This document shows, piece by piece, positions 57,821 through 64,000 of a DNA stretch of 64,000 nt. The notes beneath the pieces are model-generated. The model saw nothing but the letters and a program-made list of their open reading frames with translations, was not told the origin of the DNA and did not search any database. Both the position numbers and the translations under genes were made by a program. The stretch's first letter is position 1. Each line of letters starts with the position of its first letter. The DNA is from the human T2T-CHM13v2.0 reference genome, Homo sapiens: assembly GCF_009914755.1 (NCBI RefSeq), contig NC_060939.1; one strand, written 5' to 3'.

Positions 57821-60800
57821 TCAATGTTGCTGGTTTGCTTTGAGGACCTAATGGTCATTATTCAAGTCTTACATTTGGGTGGGGGACTGACTAGGGGACA
57901 GGGACAGGCTGTCCAGTGTCCTTATGGAGGGCTCCAGGTGAGGGAGGCCATTAGCATCCTGGCTTCTCCAGGGTCTGCCATTTCCCTCCTCTCCAGCCCT
58001 GAGGCATCTCAGCTTCCTGAGAAGCAGAGCGTCAGTGACACCACTGCACACACCTGGCCCAGGAGAGAGCGCCTGCTTCCTAGTGAGAGGGTCTCACCCT
58101 GTGCCAGGTGCTGAGAGGATATAGAGAGAAACCAGCCATCTCTGAGAATGTGCTCTGGGCAGCTTAGATGTGATCAAGAACCCCAACTCATGGGAGAAGT
58201 GCTCAAGAGAAGGGCAGCTCTGGCTACAAGGGAAAACACAGGGGAATCCATCCATCCATCCGTCCATCCAGCCATCCACCCACCCACGCACCCACTCACT
58301 CATTCTAGGTGCTGGGAATATATGTGGCAGTGGCCGGGACACATGAAGTTCCTAAAATCTCATGGAGCACATGTTGTGGGGAAGTGGGAAGTGAGGATAG
58401 CCACGAGGCTGGCACAGAGTGTACGATGTTGAGGGTGGCAGCCCCACGAGGAGAGGTGAGGCAGGCAGATCTGCTGTGGCGTGAATGGAGACATAGGAGC
58501 AAAGGCTCAAATGGGTGGAGGAAGGAGCCAAGTTGCTGTCCCAGCACAGGGAAAGGCCAGGGACAGACCCAGAGGGGGCAGTACTTGAGAAAAGGCAAGA
58601 GGGAAAGGTGGCTAAAGTGGGATCGAGGAGAGAGGGAGAGTGAAAAGGGGGCTCTCGAGGGAACTGTGAGCCTCTGGAGAGTCTACAGAAGGAGAGTAAT
58701 GTGAACTGATGTTTTCAAAGGCTCAACTGGCTGGGCATCTTTGGATATGCAATAGCCCAGGCCTGCCACAGGCTTCTAGCCAGCAAGGCTTCGCCTTTTT
58801 CTATAGGATGGCAGGGGAGGGGGAATGACCACTGTCACTCCTCGCTCATCCTCAGACCTCTTTCAGCTGCCTTCTGGGACTCTCCCACAGCTCCTTGGGC
58901 AGGTCTCTCTTGCAGAGATGGCCTCCTTGTCCTGCATATATCTGCCTACAGGCCTGACTCCAAGATGACTGTCATTTCTATATGTGCCCCACAATCCTAG
59001 CTCAACGTCAGGCCAGGCCAACAGGGGTTCCACAAGGACTGCTGGTGAATGTCATGTGGCAGCTTTGGGCAGCCCCAGTCCTGCGGAGTTTAGCTATATG
59101 GGCACAAAATGAAACAAAGTGCTGGGATAAGAGGACAGATTGCTATGAGCTCTGGGCTTATTGTTGTACAGGGGATTCTTGGAGGGGGGTCTCACAGCCC
59201 TGGTCAGTCATGGCCCAGGCTCTCTTGCAGATGGAAATGACCAGCCTGAGGGAGGCTCTCTCTTCCCAGGCAGGCCTGGGAGGCCCACTGTGCTCACAGG
59301 GAAAATGCTGTGGGGTGTGGCCTTGCCCCGCTGTTGTGCTGATGGGGACAATGACTCTACATGCTGCAGTTGCTGAGGGACAAAAACATTTCCATGCCCC
59401 AGACTTCACAATGAGGCTGCTGTTTGACACAGATGAGAGATTTATTCTTTTAGATTCTTTCTCCAGGTTTTAGAAAGAACAAGGCAAAATATGCTCAATA
59501 ACAGGGGAATAGTTAATGTTATCCACTATGATAAAATAAGACCCAACTACTTAAAATCATGTGTTTGAAGGATAACAGCAGGGAAAATTCTCAGATTGTA
59601 AGGGAAAATGTTGGATTCAAGACTGTGAACACAGCAAGATCATCATTTCACCTGAAGAACAGACAAAAGACCGGAAGATGATGACAATACCAAACTGTTA
59701 AGAGTGGCCGCCGCTGGGTGGGGGTCGCTGATTTTCATTTTCTCACCATGGTGAATGTGGAGTACTTTTGCAATGCCAACAAGCAGAATGTGCTCCAATG
59801 ACATGGAGATGAAGCAGGTAAGTGGCTGCCTTGCCTTTCCTCACTGCAGGTCAAGCCTGGGGAATGCTTCCCTTGTTCTCCATCCTCCTCTGGAACCCTT
59901 CAAGACCCTGATGTATTTCCCTTGAAGCCCTTTACAGTCTTATCTCACCTACCTCTTGCTGAATAGGCCTCACCGCAGGTCCAAAGAGAGAGAGGTCTGG
60001 GGGCTGGCCCTTGATGTAGGTCATGGCACCCAGTTAAAGCCATGTTTGTTGGGGATGCAAGTTTGACAAACAAGGACTGCATTCCTGTGTGAGGGTTGTG
60101 TGTTTTGGAGAGGCGCTATCCTCCAGGGCGGGTAAGAACCAACCGGCCCTGATGGTCCCTGGTGCAAACCCAGACTCACCTATCAAAATGGATTCAGCCT
60201 TGTGCATATAACGCTGGGCCTAAAGGGATAACTGAGGTTCCAGAAAGTCGATGATGATCCTCAATTATCCAAATATTTCTGTGTTGTGTGGCTTTGTGTG
60301 ATCGGGAAGCTCACGTCTCTATTGGACAAGTGTGCTGATCTCTCTGTGGTATATTCTGACTATGCTGACTCCCCTGTGATTTATCTGAGCAGTACCTACG
60401 TCTGTTTCCATTAGTCCATGCCAACTGTTGACTGCTGTCAACATAGTGGACCCTCATTTACCCAACCTCATGCACTGCTCCCAAAACTTCCTACTCCAGC
60501 TTTACCTCGTTCACCCCTACCTCCAAACACCCTGTCCATTCCTGCCTTTATGCTTTATCTGCAGGGTCTCCCTGCCTGCAATGCCCTCTTCTAGTCTCTC
60601 AAGTTCTTCAAGTTTCAGTAAAGATCCCACCTCCTCCCAGGAAGTCCTTTTTATTTGTACCAGGCGACGGTCTCTAAGTCCCATCCCTGCAGCTATGCTC
60701 AAGGCCTCCTTCTATCACGCCAGGTCTTTTCTTATGTGTGTTCTGTCTCTCCAGCAAGTGCTACTTGACAAGAAGGGCCAGGATTGTTGGCTCTGTCTCC

Positions 60801-60941
60801 TGGGGACTTTCTCATGACAGTGACATGGGTGACTCTATTTAGTGTATGCTTTTCCTTCAATAGTGTTTCCTTCAATAGCATATGTCTTTCCTTACGCAGG
60901 CCTGGAGCCTGGCCACCCTCTGTCTGTGCTGTGGAGCTTAC

Positions 60942-61043
60942 CCAGTGAAGCAGCATGTAAAAGGCAGTTCCCATCCCCTGTTGTGGCCAGAGGAAGAAGC
61001 CGTTTACAGCTCGTGCACACAGTGGACCACCAGTTCAGGCGAC
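60942..61043 (-). CDS. OTUD7A: OTUD7A coding exon with catalytic Cys ([34 protein letters not shown])
   Basis: Acceptor cttcttttccAG at 61045-61044 and donor GTaagc at 60941-60940. 102 nt, phase 1-1. Manual translation gives the A20/Cezanne OTU motif GDGNCLLHA. Not present in the ORF track. Confidence 0.97.
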
Positions 61044-62881
61044 CTGGAAAAGAAGCTCACTTTAGAACAGGATCCCAGAAAAGGAAGGGGCCACTGGGGG
61101 TGTTTGCTAAGGAGGCATAAACATCAGGGACAGATTTTCTACAGGTTTCAATAGAAAGGGGGAACATTATGGCTACTTCTCTCCTCAAATAAAATATAGA
61201 TTTCTTTTCCCTTTGAGGACAAGAAGTGGCCAAATCCTCCCATCAATTAGCATGAGCATTAAGAAACTCAAGGCCAGCACCTTCTCTCCTTGAATCTGGA
61301 AACGTATTTTACACAAGATAAAACATTTCTTTGTAATTTCCTTGAACACAGCTTTCCCTCCTGAAAGCTATTTTTTCCTTTCACCGTCTTGCTTTTTTGA
61401 GGCACACATACCTTTGAAAGTATAGTTCATATTTCATTTGATTCATCAAAACCATTATAGTTACATAGGTGTAGTTATGTTAAATTTCATGAATATTTAC
61501 ATTTAGAGACTTCCACTTCAGGGAAGATAGATCAGATGTACTTTTTCCTATTTCTCTTACTAAGTACAACGAAAAGCCCTGGAAATTATGTATAAAATCA
61601 TATTAGAAGACTCTGAAAAGTGGAGAAGAAGTGGCAGACTAACTAGGGATCTTGAGACTTGAGGAACGACATAATGGTGGGTTCCCTGGAGTTTCTTTTT
61701 GCCTCACATATCCCAGATTAGATACTGTAAAAACGAACCAATGAGAGTAGGCCACAAAAAAAAAAAAAAAAAAAAAAGATAGAAAAGAAAAAGCATGCTC
61801 TCTCTAGACAGAATACCAGGAAAGGGGTAGCTTAGCAAAACAGTAGCTGCTTAGACATTTCCTCTTCTATTCCAGCCAAACATCACAGAAAAAATTATAA
61901 CCCGACCACCACCCCTGCCAGCAAAGTTCTAGTGAGAAGCCTAGACTTCCACCCTCACCAGGCTGTAACAAGGTGCTCATCACTGCCTGCTCCATCACCT
62001 GGGGAGTGTCAGAGAAGGCTGAGTACAAAGCCAAGACCTCAACCCCACTGGGTGGTAATAAGCACCTTGCCCTCTATCTTCAGAGGACACACAGGGAGCC
62101 TGAACTTTCACACTCATCTGGCTGTAATGAGAATCTCTGCCTCCTCTCAGCTAGGAAGTACCCCTGCCAAGAAGTACCAAGCCCATTCCCCAGGTATCAA
62201 CAGGGGCAGAGGGGGAACCTGTACTTCAATTACCCTCTGGCAGTTGTCAGGCAATGGCCCCCTGAACCTACCAGAGTGGTGTCAGGAGGTCCGCTAAAAC
62301 ACAAGATTTAAGTAAGACCCAGAGTCCTATAACTTAATACCAAATATATACCCTTTTAAACAAACAAAAAAAATCACTTATACCAAGAACCAGGAAGATT
62401 TCAAACAGAACAAGAAAAGATATGAAAACTGAGATGACAGATGTTAGAGTTATCTGACTGGGATTTAAAAGTAGTCATCCTAAGAATACTTCAACAAGCA
62501 ATTACAAACATACCTAAGACAAATGAAAAATTAGAAAATGTAGTAAAGAAATAGAAAGTCTTACCAAAACAATAGAAGATACAAAACAGAGCCAAATAAA
62601 GAACAAAAATATGGGCAGATATAATAGGGACTGAAAAATACAACTCTGATTTTAAAAACTCAATGGATGTGCTGAAAAGCAGATTGGAGAGAAGAGAAAA
62701 AGAATCAGTGTAATGTAAAGGTATAACATAGAAATCACCCAATTTGAACAACAGAGAAAAATTAAACTTAAAAAAAAAAACACATATACAGAACACAACT
62801 CAGGAACATGTGGGACTGCGACAAAAGTCTGGAGTCCGTAGAAGAGGCGAAATAAGGTAGAGCTAAAAAAGTATTCGAAGA

Positions 62882-63282
<401 letters not shown>

Positions 63283-63449
63283 CTAAACAGAAAAAAAACC
63301 CATAGAAACTCATGCCAAAATACATCATAGTCAAACTTCTAAAAACTAAAGACAAAGAAACCTTAAAAGCTGCCAAGGAGAAACAACGCCTTACTTATAT
63401 GGGAAAAACAATTCTAAAGACAGTGCATTTCTCATTGGCTACCGTGTAG

Positions 63450-63776
<327 letters not shown>

Positions 63777-64000
63777 TAATATTTTTTAAGTGCTGAAAGA
63801 AAATAACTGTCAGCCCAGAATTTTAAAGCTAGCAAAAATATTCTTCAGTAATAAGCAAGGAGATTTTGTTCCTAGCAAGCCTACCTTAAAGAAATGGCTA
63901 AAGGAAGTTCTCTAGGCAGAAAGGAAACGATAAAAGAAGGCATTTTGGCATATAAAGAAGGAAGAACATGGAAAGAACAAAAATATGGGCAAACATAATA

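Overview
Human (or great-ape) genomic DNA containing the 3' part of OTUD7A (Cezanne-2, an OTU-family deubiquitinase in the 15q13.3 region) on the minus strand. I reconstructed eight coding exons with GT-AG boundaries and consistent phases: 60942-61043, 57416-57543, 56584-56696, 34041-34168, 32040-32189, 17802-17916, 17544-17628 and 13644-15074. They encode the catalytic GDGNCLLHA and AHFSAL motifs, a poly-Ala tract and the C-terminal A20 zinc finger. An apparent ~7.9 kb 3' UTR follows, ending near an AATAAA at 5768-5773. The 5' exons lie beyond the window's right edge. The rest is mostly transposon debris. The most striking object is an intronic HERV-I/LTR10-type provirus (35324-43214; tRNA-Ile PBS, PPT, two LTRs). 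It split an Alu and carries a heavy G-to-A (APOBEC3-like) hypermutation signature. It was later invaded by three AluY copies, an unmutated LTR12 and a ~1.2 kb VNTR. The left end holds an ancient ERVL pol/dUTPase relic with nested MER20 and MLT2 insertions. Most ORFs in the supplied track are not genes. Repeat subfamily names and residue numbers are from recall, not database searches.
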